From NCBI GenBank assembly GCA_018992685.1, contig JACVGT010000001.1, positions 32,001 through 96,000 on the forward strand: 64,000 bases of DNA, in the 5' to 3' direction. Below the pieces are notes generated by a model, which was not told the origin of the DNA, made no database searches, and saw only the letters and a program-made list of their open reading frames with translations. Position 1 is the stretch's first letter, and every line of letters begins with the position of its first letter. This DNA comes from Theionarchaea archaeon (GTDB lineage: Archaea; Methanobacteriota_B; Thermococci; Methanofastidiosales; SZ-28-30). Positions 53,484 to 63,020 of the stretch are shown here, piece after piece. The position numbers were made by a program, and so were the translations under genes.

Positions 53484-54238
53484 GAAGAAAGAGCGTTTTG
53501 TTGTGCGGAAGATTCCTGAGGTTCCATGGCTGTAACCCAATTGCCAGCAACCTGAGCTCTCTTGCTGTGCAGAAATTCTATGAAACCTCGACTAATAGAA
53601 TTGCCAAGGTTAAAAGGCACGGTTCTGGATTGTATATGGAACTTCCGTACCTCCTGTGTGCAGAAATTTTTTATAGCATTGGCTTATCTAGGATAAAATA
53701 ACAGATGTAATATGAAGAATATATATTATAATATTTTATATAAAAAATTTTTTTGATATTATTTTATTACTAATATTTTGTTTATAAAATTTCATATATA
53801 CTATATTATATGATTTATTTTATTAATAAAGTAAAATAGGGATTGATATCCACGATCTAGAATCTTCGATTGATGTGCACCTTCCAGACAGATAGGTAGA
53901 GAGCAGAATACGCAACACTTCATGGAAGAATTTATAAGCAAAGGTACATATTAGTATCATACGTAGCTACTATCTCCGATAGAAAAACGAGTGGAAGTGC
54001 TGGTGTCATTACACGAGTGTATTGACAGAACCTGCAATCGTGCTGACATTTCACGTGAGGTCCACTGATGTGTCCTGTAACATGGAGCGCGCGTGAAAAG
54101 ATGTCATACCATTTCAGCAGAATCCAAGCCGAGAGGAGATAGAATACTTCCCAACAGCAGGGGAAACCCTCACACATCCCTGAAAGAACACCAGTACCTC
54201 AGAGAAATCGCAGTGATGGGCTGAAAGAGGTACGAATC

Positions 54239-55186
54239 ATGAGAAAGGCTAATGTCGTTATATTGGCAGCAATCTTCATCCTGTTCCTGATATCTGTATC
54301 TGTCTACGGGAAATATGATGAAACGAGAAGAGAAAAAACTCTCCCCCATAGATACAAGGACCTCGTCTATGAAAGCCCTACACATACACCTCATGGATTG
54401 TTCTTCTTGGATGGATACGTGTGGATCTCCTCTTCATATGACCATGCTTTGCTACAGTATGATTTGAAGACAGAAACCGTGGCTAAGACGCTGCCATTGC
54501 CCTGTGTTGAAGCTGCAGGACTGACCTATGACGGGAACGATTTCTGGGTTGCTGACTACAGCAGGAGAACTATCTACAAAATCTCTCCAGAAGGTGAGGT
54601 TCTCGATTCCTTCACGACACCCTACAGTACACCCTGGGGCCTCGCGTGGGATGGCCAGTACCTGTGGATCTGTGACGTCTATGGATTTGAGGAGTTTCCA
54701 GATTTGTCTGCTGCTCTGTATCCAGATTCTATTCTCTACCAGTATGACCCAGACACTCATGACGTGCTGAGAATTCTTGAATCCCCCACCCCATTTGCAG
54801 GCGATATTGCATACAAAGAAGGTGAACTTATTGTTAGCGGGTGCTCCTCCAGAAAGATATTTCATGTAGATATTGGCACAGGGGAGACAACACGCTGGTA
54901 TTACTCACCTGAACCATATCCTCGGGCAGTTGCAACCGATCAGAATGATACTGTCTATGTCTCAGGCATGATCACCATGGATCTCTGGGAGATACAGCTG
55001 AATAAGAGGGCACAGTGGAAGGATTTCTTCAGGGTTCGTGACATCAAGGTTCCATTCTGGATCATACTCATTTTCCTGATTTTTTCAATACCCATCTTTA
55101 TGGATGAACTGCTAAAGCGGGAATATACCAAGAAACGAAACGTATGGGAAGAAGAGCCACGATGGTGGCAATTCTGGAAGGAATAG
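54239..55186 (+). CDS. Membrane-anchored beta-propeller protein
   Basis: Repeats 'GLTYDG.DFWVAD' and 'GLAWDGQYLW'; N- and C-terminal hydrophobic segments; ends RWWQFWKE. Confidence 0.75.
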   Translation: MRKANVVILAAIFILFLISVSVYGKYDETRREKTLPHRYKDLVYESPTHTPHGLFFLDGYVWISSSYDHALLQYDLKTETVAKTLPLPCVEAAGLTYDGNDFWVADYSRRTIYKISPEGEVLDSFTTPYSTPWGLAWDGQYLWICDVYGFEEFPDLSAALYPDSILYQYDPDTHDVLRILESPTPFAGDIAYKEGELIVSGCSSRKIFHVDIGTGETTRWYYSPEPYPRAVATDQNDTVYVSGMITMDLWEIQLNKRAQWKDFFRVRDIKVPFWIILIFLIFSIPIFMDELLKREYTKKRNVWEEEPRWWQFWKE

Positions 55187-55202
55187 GAAGTGCTCACAAC
55201 TG

Positions 55203-56027
55203 CTAAAAGACGTCGAGATCTCTCCCTGAGACTACCCTCCCCTTGTAGGAGCATGTGATTTCTCTGAGAAGGTCATCCTCAGTGACTCCCCAGAAAAGCT
55301 GGTGGTACAGCACCAGGAGACCAGGAGCCGATTTTCTGGCAAGGTCAGCAAGTTCCCGTGATGAGGTGTGAACAGCAGTGTGATAGGTCTGCCATATCAG
55401 GGGTCTCGTTTTCAATCCCTGGGATGAATAAACTTCATGGATGAGGATGTCACTTCCTCTGGCTTTCTCGGCAACGATCGAGGAAGGGGCTGTATCCCCG
55501 GATATGACTATTGTCCGATCTGGAGTGGTTACTTTGAACCCAAAGGCTTCGAGTGATCCATGACTCACACGAAAAGCGTCAACCTCCACTCTTGAATCTG
55601 TATAGATGATTCCTGGCTGAACCTCATGAGCATCAACGTTATGTCCTGTGGGGTTTGCCGGTTCAAGTCCTTGGACTCTTTCTACAATGTCAACTTCATA
55701 CGCAGCGAGAATATGGTCAGTCATGGGTTTTGTGCCAGGAGGCCCATATACTTCAAGGTGACTATGCCTTCCCAAGACCCAGGGTGTGAGAATGAGATCA
55801 GGATACCCTGCTGTATGGTCAGAATGCAAATGAGTAAGGAATCCCTTGTTCAGTTGGTGCATGTTCAGACCAGCTGCAGCGGCACGCCTCACAGTGCCAG
55901 GTCCGAAATCGAAAAGGTACACTTCCTCATCAACAACGAGAGCAACGGAGGGCCCTGAGCGCTCAGGGTCAGCATTAGGGGTTCCGGTTCCCAGGAGGAT
56001 AATCTTCGTTCTCTTTCTGGCAGTCAT
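55203..56027 (-). CDS. MBL-fold hydrolase (RNase Z/AtsA-like)
   Basis: LLGTG.P, THLHSDH, ISGDT, LIHEV, HTS, LYH. Confidence 0.88.
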   Translation of the reverse strand: MTARKRTKIILLGTGTPNADPERSGPSVALVVDEEVYLFDFGPGTVRRAAAAGLNMHQLNKGFLTHLHSDHTAGYPDLILTPWVLGRHSHLEVYGPPGTKPMTDHILAAYEVDIVERVQGLEPANPTGHNVDAHEVQPGIIYTDSRVEVDAFRVSHGSLEAFGFKVTTPDRTIVISGDTAPSSIVAEKARGSDILIHEVYSSQGLKTRPLIWQTYHTAVHTSSRELADLARKSAPGLLVLYHQLFWGVTEDDLLREITCSYKGRVVSGRDLDVF

Positions 56028-56542
56028 GATAATCCATAAAATGTGCCTATTAAAGGATTGTCATGGCGGGCTGATTTCGGATTTCACTTCCCCTCGCCAG
56101 GTTCATGCAGTCTTTTGAAGAAATCAGAAGGAACGGGTTGTCGCCTATTGGCTGGCTCTCTTCTTGTTCTGTGGATTTCTCATCCCCGTCCTCCCCCTGT
56201 TGGCATGGAGGATACTCGAGCATCTGCTGAGACAGAAAGATTTAAATTACCAAGTAGAGTAGGGGGAGAAGCTTACTGTCAAACTGGTGCTGGCAGCGAT
56301 TGTGGGCAGCCTTTGTTCGGCAGCCTTCTTTCACGAGGGGCGAGGGACTGCAGAAAAAATCAATGGGCATATTCCGGTGGAGATGAATGCTGAATAGCCA
56401 GGGGCACCAGAAAACGTGGAAGATGACACTTATGAGGTGTAAAGGGAAGAAAAGTTCTCAGAAAGGCAATCCCGTGAGAGCAAGAAGAACCTCTTTGCAT
56501 AATGGGGAAGACGTAAAGATGAGAGTAGTGAGGTGAACTAGC

Positions 56543-56833
56543 ATGAAAAAACCCTTTTCAAAGACGAAGAGAATCTCACAGACAAGAATGAAGGCCAAGT
56601 CAGGCAGAGGGATAAAGAAACCTTCACAAGTCAGAAGATTGGGAAAGACCAGGAGGACCGAGAGGTCAGTAGTGGCTATGGTCAATTCTCGAACAAGCAG
56701 AGCAAGAACTGGTGCAGCAAGACCACGAGGCGCAGTGAATACGAGGAGAATCAGGATAAAGGGAATAGCGCTCAAGAGAGCGGCAGGGAGAAGATCGTCC
56801 AGGAAAGCAGGAACAAGGAAAAGGAAAGCATAA
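56543..56833 (+). CDS. Small highly basic Lys/Arg-rich protein
   Basis: GAGGTGA RBS; 96 aa dominated by K and R with one acidic residue. Confidence 0.6.
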   Translation: MKKPFSKTKRISQTRMKAKSGRGIKKPSQVRRLGKTRRTERSVVAMVNSRTSRARTGAARPRGAVNTRRIRIKGIALKRAAGRRSSRKAGTRKRKA

Positions 56834-57107
56834 AGTCAGGAGACATTGGTTGCAAGGGGAGGAGCATCCATGTTCAACACGGATGTGGAAGTTAATATTT
56901 GTTGGATTGAATTAATCTTGTAGATGACTTTCGTAGGTTATCCCTAAATCTCTCCCTGTCTCTCTTAGGTTAAAGGAGGTTTCTTCCAGCTCTGTATTCT
57001 CCCTGGCTTCCAGGTTTTCTTCGCGAGAACTTTTCCTTTTATCTGCGGTTCAGGAATACTAACCATTAGAAATGTGAATTTTAAGCGGAAAAAGGGCTCA
57101 AATCTAC

Positions 57108-57425
57108 CTACGATTTCTCCCTCTCCAGTTTGAATATCACAGGTCGTAACCCGTCATGGCAGCACACAATAGAAATACCTTTCTCTTTGAACCAGGGCAT
57201 GTCCCCACCAAAGGACAGTACCCGGACGCTGGGAAACAGGGTAATCCAGGCACTGGTGCAGGGAAACCCTTCAGGCATTGCACCACCTTTACTCACAAAC
57301 TGCTGGCCATCCTTCAATATTCCACATGCCCCCAGAGATTCTGCAGGTGTAACAGGGGGGTTCTCAAAAACCTCTGATGGATGCATTCTTTTTACCACTG
57401 TTATTTTTACTTGTTCTACGGGCAC
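57108..57425 (-). CDS. TIGR04076-like protein
   Basis: 'VKITVVK', 'PEGFPC..AW', 'CC.DGLRPVIFKLER'. Confidence 0.8.
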   Translation of the reverse strand: MPVEQVKITVVKRMHPSEVFENPPVTPAESLGACGILKDGQQFVSKGGAMPEGFPCTSAWITLFPSVRVLSFGGDMPWFKEKGISIVCCHDGLRPVIFKLEREKS

Positions 57426-57695
57426 AAAATCACCACCCTACCTTGGAAAAGCCTGCTTAAGAATGTTTGGCTGGCAGTGAGAAAAAAGCCAATACGTTCT
57501 CGGTGTGTTGTGAAGAATTATCATACATTCGGGGGAGACTCGAGCACTGAGAGCAGACGCGGGGACTATCTGCGATGAACAAAGGTGTGGCTGTCACTTA
57601 CCTTGATTGGTGGTTGGTACAGTGTATCTGTATCTGCAAACCTTTATATGGATTCTCTCCTAGACTCATCGATAAGTCGAAATTCAGGTGATACC

Positions 57696-58223
57696 ATGAT
57701 CTGTCCGATTTGCCGGACGTCGAATGACATAGGAGTGAGATTTTGCAGGAAATGTGGGTCCAGTCTCCAGCAGCTGGACAACTACACAGATTATGTGGGG
57801 GCCAGCGCCCGGGCATCCGCTTTCCTGCTTGATACGCTCGTTACTATCGTTCCCACAGCTTTCATTCTGTGGATTGCCGTCGGGTTGTCTGGTATCAGGA
57901 TCCTAATCATTCTTCTTTTGATGAGCTGGGTATATTCTGCAGCACTGGAAAGTTCATCCCGGCAAGGCACCCTCGGAAAGATGGCTGTTGGAATAAGAGT
58001 GGTGGATTTTCATGGAAAGAGAATTTCGTTTGGAACAGCCTCAGTGCGATACTTCGTTAAAGTCGTGACTCTCGGCAGTTTCTGGTATTTAGTTTTGGTT
58101 TCCGAAAAAAGACAGGGAATACACGATATGGCTGCAAACACCTACGTAGTAATGGATGGCCCCTATTCTCGAAGAGAGTCCACGCACAAAACTCCACGGT
58201 GGTTTGGAGTATACAGAGAATAG
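57696..58223 (+). CDS. RDD-family membrane protein with N-terminal zinc ribbon
   Basis: CPIC...FCRKCG, 'RASAFLLD', 'TLGK..GIRVV', 'QGIHDMAA.TYVV'. Confidence 0.88.
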   Translation: MICPICRTSNDIGVRFCRKCGSSLQQLDNYTDYVGASARASAFLLDTLVTIVPTAFILWIAVGLSGIRILIILLLMSWVYSAALESSSRQGTLGKMAVGIRVVDFHGKRISFGTASVRYFVKVVTLGSFWYLVLVSEKRQGIHDMAANTYVVMDGPYSRRESTHKTPRWFGVYRE

Positions 58224-58516
58224 CCATGCAAAAGAATCAGCACTACAGCAGAAAAGGAGGTTCAGGTCAGTCCACTAGTATTCTAGATTATTCGAGGAGT
58301 CTCAGAATCCTCGGTCTCATTGATCCTGGTCTGGAAATAAAGTTAATTGCCATCGCAGGTCCAGGACAGGACCTCTATGGTTTTTGAGAACATCTTAGTG
58401 TCAAGTTGAATCTCTACCCAATCACGTCTATCTCTAAGTATGTCGGTTTGTCTTTCGAAAAAGTTTATATACCCCAACCTACTATGTACTGTAACTACTT
58501 TACAGGAGGTGACAGA

Positions 58517-58627
58517 ATGGAGGGATACTCCGGGAAATTCCTCATGAAGATAGAGGAACTGGAAAGAGCTGGAAGTGAGAAAGCTCTAGCAATCTGCTGT
58601 GGCGGATATGGTACTGTAGACCTGTGA
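58517..58627 (+). CDS. Putative RiPP/bacteriocin precursor, 36 aa (MEGYSGKFLMKIEELERAGSEKALAICCGGYGTVDL)
   Basis: TATA box 58461-58470, GGAGGTGA at 58505-58512, U-rich tract 58650-58668; heads an ABC exporter operon. Confidence 0.72.
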   Translation: MEGYSGKFLMKIEELERAGSEKALAICCGGYGTVDL

Positions 58628-58681
58628 TCCACAGTATTCGGGTCTGCCATTATTTTTTTCTTTTCTTTGTCTGGTGATACG

Positions 58682-59650
58682 ATGGAATACGTCATTGAAA
58701 CAAAAGATTTAGCCCGCGAATTCGATTCTGCAGAAGGCGTTCTCCTCAAGAAAAAGAGAAAAATCATAGCCGTTGATCACGTTACGTTCGGAGTGAGAAA
58801 GGGAGAATTATTCGGTCTCCTGGGCCCCAATGGAGCTGGAAAAACAACCACCATAAAGATGCTCACCACGCTACTTGTTCCCACTGAGGGAGATGCCTAT
58901 GTCCACGGCTGGCACGTGGTGAAAGAGGCGCAGAAGATTCGCAACCACATCAACGTCATATTTGGAGGGGAAAGAGGCTTGTACCTCCGATTGAGTGGAA
59001 AGGATAACCTGCGCTACTTCTCAGATCTCTATGGTGTTCCTGCCACCACACAGAAGGAACGAATCCCTGAACTTCTCCAGCTGGTGGGACTCGCAGAACA
59101 TGGGGAGAGAAAAGTGGAAACATACTCACGAGGCATGAAGCAGAGGTTGCACATTGCAAGGGGATTGATCAATGACCCTTCTATAATTTTCATGGACGAA
59201 CCCACAATTGGACTGGATCCAGAGGGAGCTCGTTCCCTGAGAGCAATCATACAAGGGCTGACTTCCAAGGATAAGACGATTTTCTTGACCACTCACTACA
59301 TGTTTGAGGCTGATGAACTCTGCACCAGGATTGCTCTTCTCAAGGAAGGGAAGATCTTAAAGATTGATACGCCAAAATCCTTCAAGAATGAGGTATCTCA
59401 CGTCACTATCATTGAAGCAGAGGGCCACCACATTCCCCGAGAGCTCATTGATGCATTAGAGGCACGTCAGACCGTACGAATGGTAACCACTTCTCAGCAG
59501 GACATGAACCAGGTCCTTCAGATCCAGACCGAACCCTCAACGGATGTAGTCATGGACATACTCCAGAGCCTGCACACAGCCCGGCTTTCTAACATCCACA
59601 TACGTGAGCCATCACTGGAGGACGCATACATCAAAATAATGCAGGGATAA
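58682..59650 (+). CDS. ABC exporter ATP-binding protein (DrrA-like)
   Basis: GPNGAGKT, YSRGMKQR, MDEPT, TTH. Confidence 0.93.
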   Translation: MEYVIETKDLAREFDSAEGVLLKKKRKIIAVDHVTFGVRKGELFGLLGPNGAGKTTTIKMLTTLLVPTEGDAYVHGWHVVKEAQKIRNHINVIFGGERGLYLRLSGKDNLRYFSDLYGVPATTQKERIPELLQLVGLAEHGERKVETYSRGMKQRLHIARGLINDPSIIFMDEPTIGLDPEGARSLRAIIQGLTSKDKTIFLTTHYMFEADELCTRIALLKEGKILKIDTPKSFKNEVSHVTIIEAEGHHIPRELIDALEARQTVRMVTTSQQDMNQVLQIQTEPSTDVVMDILQSLHTARLSNIHIREPSLEDAYIKIMQG

Positions 59651-59652
59651 CC

Positions 59653-60429
59653 ATGGGTATGAGAACGATTTTTTCAGCTTCAAGACAGGCATTCTACGAA
59701 TTTCTGGCACGACCAGTATGGATTTTCGAAATGACTGTTTCTCCCTTTGTTTTTGCCACAGTTGCCTTGATCATGTTCAGGGACTCACCCTCAACCAATT
59801 CCACGTATATTGTAATGGCCGGGGGTATTATGGGAATGTGGGGAAGCACCCTCTTGGGTGCGGGTTATTCAGTGGTCATTGAACGATATTTTGGAACTTT
59901 ACAGTACTTGTTCGCCAGTCCCTCCTCCCTGGAAGAAATTATTGCAGGTAAAGCCCTCACCAGTGCCGTCATGGGGCTGTGGAATCTCGTTTTCGTCTTC
60001 CTGATTGCAATCATTCTCTTTGGAGTTGACATAGAGATTGCTCACCCTCTCACTTTCTTACTGGCATTGGGGTTGTGTCTCTTTTCTTTTTCAGCCCTGG
60101 GGATACTCTTGTCCACTCTGTTCGTATTGAGCCGTTCTGCTGCAGCTTTAGGAAATATTCTGGAGTTTGCTGCTTTTGTAGTATGTGGCATCATGTACCC
60201 TATCTCTTTCTTGCCTGTATGGATCCGTCCTCTCTCATACATTCTAACACCCACCTGGGGAGCTCAGGTATTGCGGTGGGCCGTGATAGAACCTCAGTTA
60301 GGGGAAGGGTTCTGGATTGGTGTCGCCATGATTGGTATACTCTCTTGTTCGTACATAGTGATTGGCCACTACCTATACTCCCGGATTGATTATCAGGTGC
60401 GAGTGACAGCCAGTTTGTGGAGGTTTTGA
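59653..60429 (+). CDS. ABC-2 type permease
   Basis: About six TM segments, 'ERYFGTL', 'YPISFLP.W'. Confidence 0.9.
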   Translation: MGMRTIFSASRQAFYEFLARPVWIFEMTVSPFVFATVALIMFRDSPSTNSTYIVMAGGIMGMWGSTLLGAGYSVVIERYFGTLQYLFASPSSLEEIIAGKALTSAVMGLWNLVFVFLIAIILFGVDIEIAHPLTFLLALGLCLFSFSALGILLSTLFVLSRSAAALGNILEFAAFVVCGIMYPISFLPVWIRPLSYILTPTWGAQVLRWAVIEPQLGEGFWIGVAMIGILSCSYIVIGHYLYSRIDYQVRVTASLWRF

Positions 60430-60431
60430 TT

Positions 60432-61220
60432 ATGGATGCACTACGGGCAGCCTATAGCAGTGCAGTGTTCTCATACAAGGGGTTACTTACCTGGATAGAG
60501 CCCCGGAACTACATTGGGATGAAATTCATTGTGCCCCTCCTGCAAATGTCATTCTTTGCCTACGTAGCCAAGAATGCTGGAGGAGCAGAAGCCATGTCGT
60601 TCGCTGTGGTCGGCAATATGGTCCAGCTGTGTGCTGTTACATCGGTTCTGGGCATGTCAATGGCGGTGGGAATGGAACGGTATTTTGGCACCTTACCTCT
60701 TCTCCTCGTGAGTCCCACTAACAGGTTTGCCCTGTTTATGGGGCGTTCTGTCGTGTATGTGCTGGACGGGGTTACCAGCACCCTGGTGGGGCTGGCATAT
60801 GCGGTATTCCTTTTTGGTGTAGATTTTTCCCAAGCTAACCCTGTTCTCCTGGTGGTAATCTTTCTTGTTACATCCTTTGCCCTGTCAGGATTTGGACTGT
60901 TGATTGGAAGTCTGTCTTTGTACACGAGAGAAGTTGTGGCTGTGGCCAATGCATCGTATTTTGCTCTGTTAATCGTGTGTGGCGTGAATTTTCCGGTGAC
61001 AGAATTACCTCATGTCCTGCAAGGGCTTTCAAAAGTCCTCCCCTTGACATATGGCATCCAGGCGACACGAGAGGTGGTCCAGGGAGCTTCCTTCACAGAT
61101 GTACAGGGATTGATTGGAGCTGAAATTCTCTTTATGGGTGCCCTCCTCGTCGTTGGTTACTTCTTTTTCAGGTACTTTGAGCAAAAGGCTAAAAAGAAGG
61201 GCACCTTTGAGCTGATCTAG
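60432..61220 (+). CDS. ABC-2 type permease
   Basis: About six TM segments, 'ERYFGTL', 'FPVTELP', 'PLTYG'. Confidence 0.9.
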   Translation: MDALRAAYSSAVFSYKGLLTWIEPRNYIGMKFIVPLLQMSFFAYVAKNAGGAEAMSFAVVGNMVQLCAVTSVLGMSMAVGMERYFGTLPLLLVSPTNRFALFMGRSVVYVLDGVTSTLVGLAYAVFLFGVDFSQANPVLLVVIFLVTSFALSGFGLLIGSLSLYTREVVAVANASYFALLIVCGVNFPVTELPHVLQGLSKVLPLTYGIQATREVVQGASFTDVQGLIGAEILFMGALLVVGYFFFRYFEQKAKKKGTFELI

Positions 61221-61228
61221 GTGAGTGT

Positions 61229-61804
61229 ATGAAAGTCATGGGTATTGATTGTTCCCAGAAACGGAGAGATTCTACCGGTAGGCATCTCTTGCAGGTCGCA
61301 CTAGAGAAGATAGAATCTTATGCAATTACCACTGATGCCATCAGACTAATTGATTACACGCTGGAGTTGTGCACAGGCTGCAATCAGTGTGTGACAGGAG
61401 GTATGTGCCCCATTGACGATGATTTCGATAGCATCTGTGAAAGGGCTATCCCTGCTGATGCACTCCTTTTTGTGTCTCCAGTGTACTGGGGGAGATATCC
61501 CAGTATTCTGTCGTGCTTTATTGACAGGATGAGGAAGATCACAACAATGCCTCATCCTCTCTACAGGAAGAAGGCAGGCCTCATCGTTCAGACAGGGATC
61601 ACTGATACAGCACTGACTGTGGGCAGTTTTGGCCAGCTGTTCAGGTCGTTCAACATGATCAATGTCGTCGCCGTGGGACTTGGTATGATGGATTATGAGG
61701 GACGCCCATTAGAAGACAAGAATGCAATAGCTCTTGTCCAACTGGTGGGAGAGCGGTTAGTCATGGGACTGCAATCAGAAAAGATCAAAGAGATTTTCGG
61801 ATGA
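61229..61804 (+). CDS. Flavodoxin-fold iron-sulfur flavoprotein
   Basis: CTGCNQC.....CPIDDD, SPVYWG, FIDR. Confidence 0.85.
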   Translation: MKVMGIDCSQKRRDSTGRHLLQVALEKIESYAITTDAIRLIDYTLELCTGCNQCVTGGMCPIDDDFDSICERAIPADALLFVSPVYWGRYPSILSCFIDRMRKITTMPHPLYRKKAGLIVQTGITDTALTVGSFGQLFRSFNMINVVAVGLGMMDYEGRPLEDKNAIALVQLVGERLVMGLQSEKIKEIFG

Positions 61805-63020
61805 AGACATAGGGAGTCACCAGTTCTCTGTAGGAGGGGAAAGGGTTTTCTTCTCGTATCCCTGTGCCCTCGATGGATTTCATCAGATCAAAAACATTCC
61901 CCTTCAGAACAAAAGGTGGTACTCTTCCCACAAAGTCTCCTTCTCTAACATAGTAGGCCCGCTTGATGTTAAAAACGTATTCTCCTGAGACAAGGTTTGC
62001 ACCCTTGTCATTGACAACTTCCTCAACAACCACACCAGTAAACTGGCTAAGAGAGTTGCTTCCTTCTTTGACCAGTACATTCCTGGGTCCAATCTTGGGC
62101 GGGGCCATGATTGAGGTGCGTACAGCATTCCCTGTGCTTTCTGTTCCATCAAGAAGCGCATGAAAATGATCATATAAGATGTGGGTCAAGATCCCGTTTT
62201 TTATTATTGGATATCTTCGTGACGGTATTCCCTCACCATCACAGAACGATGTCCTCACTCCTTCAGGGTACAGACCATCATCAAAAAGCGTGAACTCTTC
62301 TCCTGCCACATCTGTGCTACTGGCAATACGGGAAATCCCCCGTTTTACTCTGTCAACACTCACCTGCCAGATCAAGGGACGTAACACTGCATAGAGAGCC
62401 CGTGAACCCAGGGCAATGTGGGAAAATCTATATTCTGCATCCTGCGTGTAGCGGTCAATATACTCCTTGATACATCTCACAAGAGACTCACTGTCTCTAT
62501 CCCACAGCCGGGATGAGTTCACTATGTTGAACGTAGATGTTCCTGCTGATACGTCTATATCCAGCACGAAGAAGGTACTCTTTTCTTCAACATCAAGGCC
62601 TGCAGTCGTTTGCAGTGAGAAAGATGATTCTCTGCAGTATATCAACCCCTTTGAAGAAAGTCCGTGGTCCAAGAGCCCCTCGACGATTTCCATGCAATAG
62701 CCTGTGAGGTCCGTGATGTCAGCCCGCTCTATTTTCGGATCACAAATTCCTTCCACTGAGGGATATTTCTGCACTCCAGGAAACGCTATTTCCCACTGGT
62801 ACTCCGTGTCCAGAGCACGGGCAGACTGGAGAGCCTTCTCAACCTGTTCTGTTGTGTTACACGGCATGTTACAGTAATTGAACCCTACTTTGTTTCCCTT
62901 AATAACCCGGACTGCCTGCCCCGATACCTGCACTTTTTGGGGTGTCATTGTTCTTCCCTGGAACTCTACGATGGTATCGGTATACTTTCCCTGGAAAACC
63001 TCACTCTCACACGTACTCAC
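61785..63020 (-). CDS. pmbA: PmbA/TldE-like protein
   Basis: 'DGEGIP..RYPIIKNGIL', 'STGNA.R', 'NLVSGEY'; no HExxxH motif; paired with TldD. Confidence 0.8.
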   Translation of the reverse strand: MSTCESEVFQGKYTDTIVEFQGRTMTPQKVQVSGQAVRVIKGNKVGFNYCNMPCNTTEQVEKALQSARALDTEYQWEIAFPGVQKYPSVEGICDPKIERADITDLTGYCMEIVEGLLDHGLSSKGLIYCRESSFSLQTTAGLDVEEKSTFFVLDIDVSAGTSTFNIVNSSRLWDRDSESLVRCIKEYIDRYTQDAEYRFSHIALGSRALYAVLRPLIWQVSVDRVKRGISRIASSTDVAGEEFTLFDDGLYPEGVRTSFCDGEGIPSRRYPIIKNGILTHILYDHFHALLDGTESTGNAVRTSIMAPPKIGPRNVLVKEGSNSLSQFTGVVVEEVVNDKGANLVSGEYVFNIKRAYYVREGDFVGRVPPFVLKGNVFDLMKSIEGTGIREENPFPSYRELVTPYVFIRKSL

